A stretch of DNA of 33,803 nt. Origin: Octopus sinensis (lineage: Eukaryota). The notes under the pieces are model-generated. The model was given only the letters and a program-made list of their open reading frames with translations, was not told the DNA's origin and searched no databases. The stretch covers positions 1 through 33,803 of the forward strand of contig NW_021831910.1 of NCBI RefSeq assembly GCF_006345805.1, given 5' to 3'. Below are positions 1-10,689 of this stretch, one piece after another (position 1 is the first letter of the stretch; each line of letters begins with the position of its first letter). A program made the translations under genes and the position numbers.

Positions 1-102
1 GCCCATCTTTTATACCAAGACAAAACAATGTACATGATAACACTTCCAATCAGTTAAGAATCAGAAGCCATGAGAGCCACTGCCTGGTACTGCATCCGGG
101 CA

Positions 103-103
<1 letters not shown>
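1..103. mobile_element. Repeat family B, terminal segment, followed by (TTA)n
   Basis: 1-36 (gcccatcttttataccaagacaaaacaatgtacatg) is identical to 5346-5381. The element runs into (TTA)n at 104-167. Confidence 0.75.

Positions 104-167
<64 letters not shown>
104..167. repeat. (TTA)n microsatellite
   Basis: Direct. Confidence 0.98.
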
Positions 168-168
<1 letters not shown>

Positions 169-330
169 TGGAATAAGAACACAGGTTCGAAATTTACCCA
201 AAACACCTGAAAAAGAATGAGCTAAGATAAATAATTCAGAAGGCTGGAGGGTATATCAGCCGAAACGTTGTGTTAACAACAAACAAGATGAGGACAAATA
301 TCCGTCGAATGTAAATAACGTAAATAATTT
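169..330 (+). mobile_element. 5'-truncated PLE-derived element (family H1) with a hammerhead motif interrupted by a 27-nt insertion
   Basis: Near-identical to the reverse complement of 15031-15160. AACAC-CTGA[27 nt]AGA-A-GGCTG..CAGCC-GAAACGTT-GTGTT spans 202-274. Confidence 0.8.
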
Positions 331-773
331 CTTCTTAAGTTCTTAATTAGTGTTGGGGTTTTTTTCAGTGTCTCTCCATTCATATTATTTCGCTTTCAGT
401 ACCATATTTTACACGTCCAAAATTTATTACATAATCAGCGACAGTCTTAGTTGTCACATGCTGTGTCATTCCACTTTTGTCAAAGATCTACATTTGCGTT
501 AAGAATACACGTGTCTATTGAACAATCAGTTACTTGTCAATTCAGGAAACGGTAATACAGGTGATCAAACTACTGAATATTGAACGTCGAACGACGGAGA
601 TCCATATGTGTGTGTATGTGTGTGTACGTATGTATACATATATATACAGCTTCGAAGTTACTGTCAACAATTTTTGTGGAAATAAAAAATAACATTATGT
701 ATTGAATGCTTCTTCAGTTTACGTTTCATCGACTTTTTTTTGCATATCTATAGATGAACGTGCGAATGCTTGT

Positions 774-915
774 AGGGTAATGGTTAAGGTGTTGGACTCA
801 CGATCATAAGATAATGGGTTCGATTCGTATATTGGTGTGGATGTTGTTTCCTTTGAACAACACACATAATTTCACGATGTTCCAATTCAGTCAGCTGAAA
901 AGGAATATTTCTCTC
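774..915 (+). mobile_element. Degenerate tRNA-derived SINE (family D-like)
   Basis: A-box-like taatggttaag, B-box-like ggttcgattc, then tgttgtttcctttgaacaacacacataatttcacgatgttccaattcagtcagctg, similar to 23700-23820. Confidence 0.6.
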
Positions 916-1067
916 TCGGCAACAACCACATCTTCGATTCTCTGCTGTATCAAAGGTGCAAGTGCCGCAATATTGTCTATGACTGTTCGCACCCTAAAAC
1001 AATTGGCAGAAGTTCTCAAGTCATACTCGCTTGCGAGTGACGGACCGTCTTTTCTGTTACATTATGA

Positions 1068-1138
1068 ACACACACACACACCACACACACACACGCACAC
1101 ACATACACACACACACAAACATACACACACACACACAC

Positions 1139-1180
<42 letters not shown>

Positions 1181-1195
1181 GCACACAAGCACACG
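1068..1195. repeat. (CA)n microsatellite
   Basis: Direct. Confidence 0.97.
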
Positions 1196-1521
1196 CAAGC
1201 ACTGAAGTACACACAAATTTGCGCGTGTATTTTCCCGATAAATATCGGTCAGTGGTTTGTTTTCCTTCAATGGTCACAGACTATTAGTTCACGCTCTTTA
1301 TAGTTTGAAGTTAAAAATAACTCTGACCACCTGATACGTGTCTATAATTAGCGTGTTTTCCTTTCATTTTCTCGTGTATGTACAACATATATTCTTGTAT
1401 CTATTTAAAGCTAATTGATTGTATGTTTGCGTGTATATATTTATGTATGGTGTATGTATAATGTATGTATGCATAACATATGTATGTAAAATGTATGTAT
1501 GATGCTTGCATGTATAGATCT

Positions 1522-1587
1522 ATCCATGTATCTATCAATCTATCTCTATCTATCTGTTTATCTATCAACCTATCTCTATCTATCTGT

Positions 1588-1666
<79 letters not shown>
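1522..1666. repeat. (TCTA)n microsatellite
   Basis: Direct. Confidence 0.97.
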
Positions 1667-1667
<1 letters not shown>

Positions 1668-1699
1668 GTGAATATCCTGTCTCTCCCGAGGAGGAGACA

Positions 1700-2335
1700 C
1701 GATTTCCTAGAAAGTTCCGAGGAGAAGGACTTCTTAGAAAGTTCCGAGGTGTGGGATAAAGGGGAGGAAGGCTTTCCTAGAAAGTTCCCAGGAGGTGGAC
1801 AAAGGGGAGGACTTCCTGGAAAGTTCCAAGGTGGGTAGGAAGGACTTTCCGGAAAGTTCCGAGGACGAGGAGAAAAGACTTCCTGGAAAATTTCGAAGAG
1901 GAAAAGAATTTCCTGGAAATTTCCGGGAATGGAAATGGAGTGGAGGAAGGAATTCCTGAAAAGTTCCAAGGAGGGGGATAAAGTGGAGGGAGGACTTCCG
2001 AGGAAGGGGATGAGGGAATTCCTGGAAAGTTCCGAGAGTGGGGAGAAAGAACTACCTGAAAAGATCCGAGGAAAAGGAAGAAGGACTTCCTGGAAAGTTC
2101 AGAGGAGAGGGAGGAAGGATTTCCTGGAAAGTTCCGAGGGTGGGGAAGAAGGACATCCTAGAAAGTTCCGATGAAGTGGATGAAGGAGAGGAAGGTGAGG
2201 AAGAACTTCCTGGAAAGTTCCGAGGATGGGGAGGAAGGACTTCCTGGAGTGTTCCGAGGGGGATGATGGGGAAGAAGCGGGAGAAGGGGAGGAAGGACTT
2301 CCTGGAAATTTCCGTTGGTCATCCTGGAAAGTTCG
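1700..2335. repeat. Minisatellite of about 18 units: palindromic core GGA(C/A)TTCCTGGAAAGTTCC with variable purine-rich spacers
   Basis: Core read at e.g. 1704, 1731, 1774, 1813, 1880, 1910, 2019, 2087, 2121, 2207 and 2299. Spacers are G/A-rich and vary in length. Confidence 0.9.
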
Positions 2336-2494
2336 GTCTGTCTGTTAGTGTTTATTTATTTGTTTGTGTGTTTGCTTGTTTGTTTGTTTGTTTCTTTCCT
2401 TCCCTTATTCTCTCCAATCTCTTTCTCGTTCTCCCTATTTTCCTTGCTGTATTTTTCACATTATTCAATGTAAGGAGGCTTTTCGCTAGATTTT

Positions 2495-2683
2495 TCAATG
2501 GAGCGCTTCTTTGTAGGAAACGTTTCTCGTTTTCCCTTCTGGTGCACAAATGTATAGACTTTGTGGCCTGCCAACACGGGAGCATCCAACGTAAAGTTGA
2601 CCGTCGGAGAACACTTTTTGCTCTGTGAGATTTAAACCAACCATTTGCAATGATTGACCCTGTGCCTTATTTATTGAAGCTGC
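2495..2683 (-). mobile_element. Helitron RepHel PIF1-like helicase C-terminal fragment
   Basis: Manual translation: ASINKAQGQSLQMVGLNLTEQKVFSDGQLYVGCSRVGRPQSLYICAPEGKTRNVSYKEALH*. This matches the PIF1/Helitron motifs TINKxQGQSL and FSHGQLYVAxSRV and the terminal KTxNIVYxEAL. Confidence 0.9.
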
Positions 2684-2959
2684 TTAAACATGTAGATCGT
2701 ATCGGAGGGAGTGAGGGACATTTGAGTTATAAGAACATCTTGACGAGCGGCCGATCCATTCAATTCTATTAGACCTCTGTCTAATCACGTCTTTTAAGGT
2801 ACACACACATACATAGAAAATGTGAGGTCATGGTAGAAAATTTTTACGATGGTTGATTTATGGAAAAGATTAAAAAGAAAATGAGGGCAAAAGCACTCGT
2901 TTTTTCACAATGAAAAATTGTTTCCTAGTAGCTGGAATTTCGCGACAAAATGTATGTTT

Positions 2960-3247
2960 AGTAAGCACAACAGCCTGCAGTGCATGCCGCTGGGCATTAA
3001 AAGCCAATCGCACAAACCTAGAGGGGCTCTGGGGCCTCCTTGAATCGGTAAAAAAATCACTCTTTTTGCCATAGTAAACACATCATTATAGCTTGCGAAT
3101 TTTAACTATCGCGGGTCTCATCTTCACCACGCATTTAGTATCTCTGCCAATTTTCAGCTCGATCCTAGCCTCGATTTGGCCGCCATTAACCGCCAAAGCA
3201 AAATGTGCATACAATATTCGTCCAAGGACTGTTTTATAGATATAGAT
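2960..3247 (+). mobile_element. Possible non-autonomous Helitron-like (DINE-1/Lep1-type) 3' end
   Basis: tgccaattttcagctcgatcc...actgttttatagatatagat resembles the 3' end of the 13199-13983 element (aagtttcatcagaatcgg...actgccgtttatatatagagat). Confidence 0.35.
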
Positions 3248-3668
3248 TGTATATAGAGATGAGAGTTAATAGAATTATATGAGGCGTATATAATCATATA
3301 CATGCATAAATACATAATTTATACAATTAATTCTAGAAGTATAATAATATATCATACTTACTGAAATGTGTTATCTTGTTTCGTAGTAGAAAATCGCCAT
3401 AAAGGTGTTAATTGCATAATCAATATTTAGTGCGTTGTTTATTTAGTAAGAAACATCGAGTGTGGTTAGCGTTACCTAGTGGCGTTTCATATCCTTGGGT
3501 TAAATGAAATGGTTTTTAAGCCGATGCAGCATTTTAATATTGTTCCATTCAGTGTGTAGACAGTGGAAAATTAAGATTTAAGTTTAAAGTCTGTGGAGTT
3601 TCAATTTGAACATCGACTAATGGATTGTGATCACGACATAGTGTTTTAGTCCGATAAACTATAATGCA

Positions 3669-3670
<2 letters not shown>

Positions 3671-3754
<84 letters not shown>

Positions 3755-3835
3755 ATATACATATATATATAAATTCCTCTATTTACATACTATCGAGGTC
3801 TCATTCATATATATATACATTTATATATATATATA

Positions 3836-3875
<40 letters not shown>

Positions 3876-3899
3876 AATTCATATATATATATATACACA

Positions 3900-3944
<45 letters not shown>

Positions 3945-3986
3945 TATATTATATATAACATACATACATATATATATATATATATA
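3671..3986. repeat. (TA)n-rich microsatellite region
   Basis: Direct. Confidence 0.95.
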
Positions 3987-3989
3987 CAC

Positions 3990-4060
3990 TTTATATTAAG
4001 CTGCAAAATATCACAGGGCTGTTACTCAGAGTTTCACGCTCCCGTTCGTCAGACAATTAT
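3990..4060 (-). mobile_element. Fragment of PLE-derived repeat family H2
   Basis: Shares gcagcagaaatataacaaaagctgttactcagagttt-like sequence with 33560-33597 and carries a hammerhead. Confidence 0.65.
4019..4056 (-). ncRNA. Minimal type I hammerhead ribozyme (intact core)
   Basis: Minus strand: TTGT-CTGACGA-ACG(GGAG)CGT-GAA-ACTC(T)GAGT-A-ACAG. Stem I 4 bp, stem II 3 bp, stem III 4 bp with a 1-nt loop, GUA cleavage triplet. Confidence 0.8.
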
Positions 4061-4062
4061 GA

Positions 4063-4300
4063 TCAGTCATCCAGGCTACGGCGATGCTGGGACACCACCT
4101 TAAAGGATTTTAGTCGAACGCAGTGACCCCAGCGCTTATTTTTTAAAACCTGGTACTTATTCTTTCGTTCTTATTTGTCTCCCAAGGTTTCGGTCGGCCG
4201 GAGGCTATATTAGAAGACACTTGCTCAAGGTGTCATGCAGCAGGACTGAACCTGGAGCCATATGGTTCTGAAGCAAACTTCTTAACTCATAGCTACGCCT
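4063..4300 (-). mobile_element. Degenerate, internally deleted SINE family C
   Basis: ggtcggccggaggctatattagaagacacttgctcaaggtg...ggactgaacctggagccatatggttc matches the family C copies at 16874-17290. Confidence 0.7.
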
Positions 4301-4554
4301 GATATATGAGATATATTATATGTGGTGTTTTCAAGATGATGTATTGCAAAACTGAATGTCGGCTGTAAAAATTAGGTAAGATAAAGTAAAAGCGAAATAA
4401 ATAAATGCATAAAATTAAATTAAATTAACAATGATGGATACCTTTGGATACTTCAATATGTTACAAAATATATGAATTATAAGAATTTAGATTTTCCATT
4501 GCGAAAATTCAAATCAGATAAATATATGCGATCTGAAGTCAAGTGCAACATATG

Positions 4555-4870
4555 CCCTGAGTTCAAATCCTGCAGAGGTCAACTTTGTTTTTCACTCCCC
4601 AGTGTCGATAAAACGCAGTAAAGGTGAAGCACTGGTTTCGACTAACCATTTTCTCTCAAAACTGCTGGCCTTGTTTATAAATCAGAATCTATTATTAATA
4701 CTAGCTGGTAGTATAAATAACGGTTGGTACTGTTGATATTAATTTGAAGCTATTATGGGCTCATCTTTGCTTTTCATCTTTTCCGGGTCAATAAAATAAA
4801 GTACCAGTCAATGCAATCCACTATTTCCCAACCCCACAAAACTTGTTGCTTTGTGCCAAAATCTGTTACA
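4555..4870 (+). mobile_element. Two degenerate SINE-A-related fragments (older subfamily)
   Basis: ctgagttcaaatcctgcagaggtcaactttg..., and tttgcttttcatcttttccgggtcaataaaataaagtaccagt...tgtgccaaaat, resemble 14740-14890. Confidence 0.55.
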
Positions 4871-4903
<33 letters not shown>

Positions 4904-5381
4904 GAGTGAGAGAGCAGTGGATGCCATCAAGGTGACACTGGGCTAAAATATACGAAGCCCAGTATACTCATCATGACTACCCGTCTGATAAGAGTACACC
5001 AGGCACATGCATCACAACCGTATATGATCTCATGTCAAGATAAACAACGCATGACCTTGCAGGTTGGGGCCAGTTAGAATTTTCTTCTGGTCGAGTAGCC
5101 CATCCCGCTCAAAAGGTCCCTGAATAAGGACTGTTTAAGGATGTTGAAGGAACCACCCGTGTTTCCAGAGGTGAATTATCCAAACCTCTAAGAATTCCTT
5201 TCAACACACGGCTATGAAGCTCCCCCACTACTTCTGCTCGTGATCAGAGATGCACATATCGTCAGCCACTAAGGGACATGCTCAACTGGTTATGGTCAAA
5301 CAACAGAAAAGCAAATCTGTGGTATTGAGCAGAATATTTGCTGTAGCCCATCTTTTATACCAAGACAAAACAATGTACATG
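4904..5381. mobile_element. Repeat family B, long copy, preceded by (TTA)n and truncated at 5381
   Basis: Overlaps the sequence at 1-36 and the reverse complement of 12836-13005. (TTA)n tract at 4871-4903. Confidence 0.75.
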
Positions 5382-6081
5382 GTTTGCTATTTTTAACCTA
5401 CAAGTATTCAACTTTACTGAATCTACTGTCACTCTACAGTCAAATAGATTTGCGGTCATGAACTTTTCCTTTTTAAAATATTATTGATAATCATTTTTTC
5501 TGAGAATATAAACTCTTTTTCCAATTCCTATTCAACCGAGATTCACATAAACCTTGGAAAGTTGACCTGACAGTTCTTCGATTTTCTGCTTTGTATCAAT
5601 CTTCACTACCCCTAACACGCTAGCATTACAAGAACAGCTCTTATCGCCAAACCGCAGCATCTTTGATGTTTCTATTTTCAGATTCTTACATGTGGCAGGA
5701 AATTTTTCAAATAGTTTTTCTTACATGTTATTTTCTATTGGAGAAACTACATTAATAACAATAATCTATATATTATACCGCTTATCTTCCCGTTACTATG
5801 TTTTTCCTCCTCATTCACTACCAACTGTCTATCAGGCTAATAGCACTTTGATGTTTCTCTACTCTGTAATACCCAAAGTGTTAGATTTTCTGCTCATGAC
5901 ACTGCGAATAAATTGTTACCAACACTAAACTCTCATCAGTTTCCTTGAGTGTTAGATTTTACCCTACACCAGCAACTGTTCGTCAGTAAGATCCTCTTTT
6001 TTATAATGACATAAGCGTAGTTCGTTATTTTCTCCTTATCTCTAGGCATTTCTAAGAGAATCGAGACCTTTTTTATTACTA

Positions 6082-6418
6082 AAGGGGTAAAGACCCCCTT
6101 CGGTCATGAATGACCATGGGATTGCACCTAGAAAGTTACCCTCCTAGACACAAGTCCGGGCAAGGTTGTTTATGGAAGACCAGCAGTCGCCCATGCATAC
6201 CAGCCTCCCCTCTCCACGCCACCAGTGTTATCCAGGGGAAAGACAAAGGTCGATACAGCTTGGCACCTGTGACGTCGCAACTCATTTCTACAGCTGAGTG
6301 AACTGGAGCAACGTGAAATAAAGTGCCTTACTCAAGAACACAACACGCAGCCCGGTCTGGGATTCGAGCTCACAACCTCACGATCGTAAGCTCGACACTC
6401 TAACCACTGAGCCATGCG
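6082..6418 (-). mobile_element. tRNA-derived SINE family D, near full length
   Basis: Minus strand: GCATGGCTCAGTGGTTAGAGTGTCGAGCTTACGATCGTGAGGTTGTGAGCTCGAATCCC (A and B boxes), followed by a body shared with 23699-24030. Confidence 0.9.
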
Positions 6419-6558
6419 TACTATATAAGCACAATTCACTATTATCTCTTTATCTCTTGGCATTTGTATACCGAAGAGAATCAAGCTATTCCCTTTCTCC
6501 ACGTCATTCAAAATTTTTTGGAACTGCACTTTTCGCTGTCATCTTCATTTCTTTATAT

Positions 6559-6790
6559 ATATTTCTTTACTACCCACAAGGGACTAAACACAGAGGAGAC
6601 AAACAAGGACAGACAAACGGATTAAATCGATTACATCGACCCCAGTGCGTAACTGATACTTAGTTTATCGACCCCGAAAGGACGAAAGGCAAAGTCGACC
6701 TCGGCAGAATTTGAACTCAGAACGTAGTGGCAGACGAAATACCGCTACGCATTTCGTCCAGCGTGCTAACGTTTCTGCCAGCTCGCCGCC
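6559..6790 (-). mobile_element. SINE family A monomer
   Basis: Minus strand GGCGGCGAGCTGGCAGAAACGTTAGCACG...GAGTTCAAATTC...GGGTAGTAAAGAAATA; similar to the copies at 14510 and 15860. Confidence 0.9.
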
Positions 6791-7175
6791 TTCTCATTTC
6801 TTTATATAATTTCCACTACACGTCTGTAGATGACCATTCTTTCCTATCTCCTGATATATTCTAAAGTTGTCTGTTTGAGAGGGAGAAAGTATTGGTGTCG
6901 AGTAGCCATGATCAGACTTGCTGTTTTTTTCTTTGAGATAAAGGCTTGGGAGCCAGTAAACCAGAATCACAAAATAGAAGAGTCCATATAGTTGTAGAAC
7001 AGTAAAACGAGAGAATGGCAGAATAACTGAATAAAAATGACAACGTAACAACTTATCAAATTTATAAATTAACAAAATGATATTATAAGAATAAATTATG
7101 GAATAAAAGGAAGAGGAGAATGACAACTGAATTTATATAACAACATCCCATTGTTTAATACAGTTCTGTATTTAG

Positions 7176-7273
7176 GAGATGAGGAATTATGTACATTATT
7201 TACATTATTTACATTTGACAACAAACAAGATGAGGACAAATATCCGTCAGATGTAAATGATGTAAATAATTCC
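7176..7273. mobile_element. Inverted pair of family H1 3' tails
   Basis: 7183-7219 is the reverse complement of the H1 tail (gtcaaatgtaaataatgtaaataatgtacataattcc). 7220-7273 is the forward tail (aacaaacaagatgaggacaaatatccgtcagatgtaaatg). Confidence 0.75.
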
Positions 7274-7697
7274 ACTTTTTTATATGAAAAGGCAAACAGC
7301 GAGTCAACGAGGCCTTTATGTGTTGATTGCCTTGATAGTAGCAGCAGCTACAGTTCCCTCATATCATACACTATCATCTTCAGAAAACATTATGTCTAAA
7401 AATAAGATACAAAAGAGTGGGTGGTCATAACTGCAATGTTGGTCTATTTAATTAGTGCTGACATGAAGCCTAGCAACAATGATGATGAAGCCATAGATGA
7501 TAGACTGATCTGTTTGAAATAGCTGCCGTTTCTCTCAAATTACGCATGTCATCATGATGTGTTCCAGAGTACACTGGCTGATGGGAACGATTGGAATGTC
7601 TTTGATTATAGTTTCGTTAAATCAGAGCCGGCTTATATCTAAATAACAATAATAAAATATGAGCAAATATTTGTATATCTCTGTATGTGTGTGTGGC

Positions 7698-7731
<34 letters not shown>

Positions 7732-7870
7732 ATATATGAGTTATTATTTTATTTTTCATTAATATTGTTATATTTTATTCGCTTATTTATTGTTAAGATA
7801 CGTATATTTCTATATTTATTAGTTAATTATTATATGTTAAGATACATACATTTATTTTATTATTGTTTTA

Positions 7871-7984
7871 GACCTGAAGAGTGGCTATATTTTAAAATCG
7901 ATTTAATTTGAAATCGAATTAATTTTAATAGTATCGATTATATTATTATCGATTTAAAGATATAGTCAATAAACGCGCGTAGTT
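7871..7984 (+). ncRNA. Degenerate hammerhead-like motif with a long AT-rich stem II (family H3)
   Basis: GAC-CTGAAGA-GTGGCTATAT..TTTAAAATCGAT...ATCGATTTAAAG-ATATAGTCAA-(T instead of G)AAA-CGCGCG-TA-GTT. Palindromic stem III ACGCGCGT and a GUA triplet; G12 is lost. Confidence 0.55.
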
Positions 7985-8272
7985 AATTTAATGTTTATTT
8001 AATTTAGTGATTTTTTAAATAATATTTATTATAGTATCTTTAAATTATTCTATGTGAAATATATGTCTTTCACTATTGAATTATTTAATAGAGGTTATTT
8101 CTCTTAATTATATACATATATTATATATTGTGAAATTTGATATGAAATTGCTAAATTGAATTTTTCCCTGTACGTTTGGAATTATATTCTCTAATATTAT
8201 ATATATAATATATATATATATAAATATATAAATATATATATATGTTATTAACACACACACACACACACACAC

Positions 8273-8333
<61 letters not shown>

Positions 8334-8334
8334 A

Positions 8335-8712
8335 GCTGTGTGGTAAGTAGCTTGCTTACCATCCACATGGTCCCGAGTTCAGTCCCACTGCGTGGCACTT
8401 TGGGCAAGTATCTTCTATTATAGCCTCGGGCCGACCAAAGCCTTGTGAGTGGATTTGGTAGACGGAAACTAGAAGCTCGTCGTATATGTATGTGTGTGTA
8501 TATGTTTGTGTATCTCTGTTTGTCCCCACAACATCGCTTGACACCCGATGCTGGTGTGTTTACGTCCCCGTAACTTAGTGGTTCTGCAAAAGAGACCGAT
8601 TGAATAAGTACTAGGCTTACAAAGAATAAGCCCTGGGATCGATTTGCTCGACTAAAGGCGGTGCTCTAGCATGGCCGCAGTCAAATGAGTAAAGCAATTA
8701 AAAAATAAAAGA
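8335..8712 (+). mobile_element. tRNA-derived SINE family C (CORE-like segment, internal microsatellite)
   Basis: gctgtgtggtaagtagc...ccgagttcagtccc...ggcactttgggcaagtatcttc...ggcggtgctctagcatggccgcagtcaaatg; reverse complement of 16874-17290. Confidence 0.9.
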
Positions 8713-8714
8713 AT

Positions 8715-8843
<129 letters not shown>

Positions 8844-9186
8844 CAAAGCAAAAAAGTAATGGAATATGTAAAGAAGAAATCTAAGGGAAGATTTCCAGAT
8901 ATACAACAGGTTATTAAGAGTGAAGCGGAAGAAATTCTCAGTCACTGAGACATTGCTGCAATCCGAGCTGCAGAAAGAAGACAAAAGTTATAGCCAGAAG
9001 TCAATAGCTGGGTATCGGAGAGAAGAAAATTATGCAAAACCCCCGAAAATAGATAGGAAGAAAGAAAAGCAAGTGTTGGTGGGTAAACAATGAAAATAAT
9101 TGAAAAAGTAAAGTGATTACTGAGAGGAAGATTACACCGCAACATTTTTGACGAGCACTAATGTAGTGTGCAAGAAAGCAAGCACG

Positions 9187-9232
<46 letters not shown>

Positions 9233-9593
9233 AGATAGATAGATAGAGGGAAAGAGAGAGATATGGATAAAGCGATAGTGTATCTTCATTATATGTATAT
9301 ATGCGTAAATGTATACATATATTTAAACACGCGCGCGCGCACATATATACGTATGTGCATACATACATACATGTATGTATGTATAGGGTTTCCATCCAAA
9401 ATGGAGAGGAACACCATTACTCCATGTGATCGGCCTGAAGAATTATATATGTATGTATATATATAGTATGTATGTTTGTGTGTATATATATATATATATA
9501 CACACATACATATGAATATATACACATATGTATGTCAGCTCTGTGTGGCCAATAAAGAAACATATACATATGTATACATATACATATATATAT

Positions 9594-9624
<31 letters not shown>

Positions 9625-10689
9625 TACGCCCACATATAAGTATAACTATAAATATATATATACATATACATATATAGACACACACATATGTGTTCAACGT
9701 GTGCAATCATGTACATGACATTTTGTATGATTATGTAATTCCATTATCAAATTACACAATCTTACCTGCTCGCGTATGGAGCTGCGTGCTTCGGGCTATC
9801 CTTAGACCAATCAAGCAATCGGTTATGGATACGAACAAAAGGAAAGAAAACGGAAACGAAGCAAATTTGAAGGATAAAACTTCCGGAACGTTGTCAGGAA
9901 GTTACACTACTCTAAGAAATAGTGGGTTGGTTACATAGAAACGGCAAAACGGTATAGGTATTCTTTTACGATTCTACTACTTTCACTCATTAGTGATCGT
10001 GCTGGAGCATCCTATTCTAAGGATCTTTGTGGGAAGTTACATGGGTGTTATCCTGCGCGGTGATGATTGTTTTTGTGGATATGTACTCATTTCGTTGAAG
10101 CTCGGGAGATTGAAGTCAGAAGTGCAGCAGACCAGGATCGGAAATCTGAACTTTGCTAAGGTTCCTTTAGTCCCACCTATTTGCCGTCGCTGACTCGACG
10201 CTGACTTATTTGACAATAAATGTTTTAACGTTTCTCTTGTTCTCTAACTCTACCCCCTCTCTCTCTGCATGTTTTATATATCACTGTATGTATCCGTTTC
10301 TCACTGTATGCATTTCTCTCTCTCTTTGTCTCATTCTTTCTGTGTGCATCTATCTCTTTCTCTCTATCTCAGTTTGTGTATGTGAGTATATTTCTCTTGA
10401 TGTGTATGAGGATAGGGAAAGTATTTAAGTCAATCTTGTTCAATTAATAAATTACAATGTCTATCAGTTGAGTTCAAAAGTGTATGTAAAAGGGCAGACA
10501 GGGCAGGAACAGCTGGCTAAGAAGTATATATAATGTACGTGTAATGTTTATTGCCAAAGGATAGTTGCAAGAAGAGATGATTATAAAACGAATGTCATGT
10601 GCGTACAGTACGATGTACGACTATTACTGTATGGGATTGAGCTCCACGTAAATATCCTTATAGAGGCTTACAAACGTTGTACTTAAATA

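Noticed and set aside
60-103. HDV-like ribozyme at the family B terminus
   Set aside because: A P4-like hairpin can form, but I could not assign P1, P2 or P3 pairings by eye.
700-730. GAAACGTA-AA-CTGAAGA on the minus strand
   Set aside because: No room for stem I and no closing stem II, so it is probably chance.
1700-2335. CRISPR-like repeat-spacer array
   Set aside because: The repeats are degenerate, the spacers are low-complexity, related to each other and variable in length, the context is eukaryotic and there are no cas genes.
1929-2628. ORFs with repeated LPGKFRG peptides
   Set aside because: These are by-products of the minisatellite; the units are not frame-constrained.
5400-6070. 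Degraded LINE ORF1-like sequence on the minus strand
   Set aside because: Only vague peptide fragments with many stops; not supportable without a search.
6340-6418. tRNA genes (also at 774, 21205, 23700 and 15221)
   Set aside because: They have A/B boxes but no complete cloverleaf and continue into SINE bodies.
7320-7390. Hammerhead candidate on the minus strand (CTGAAGA-TGATAGT..ACTATCA)
   Set aside because: Stem II forms, but GAAAC is replaced by AAGGC. At best this is a heavily decayed relic.
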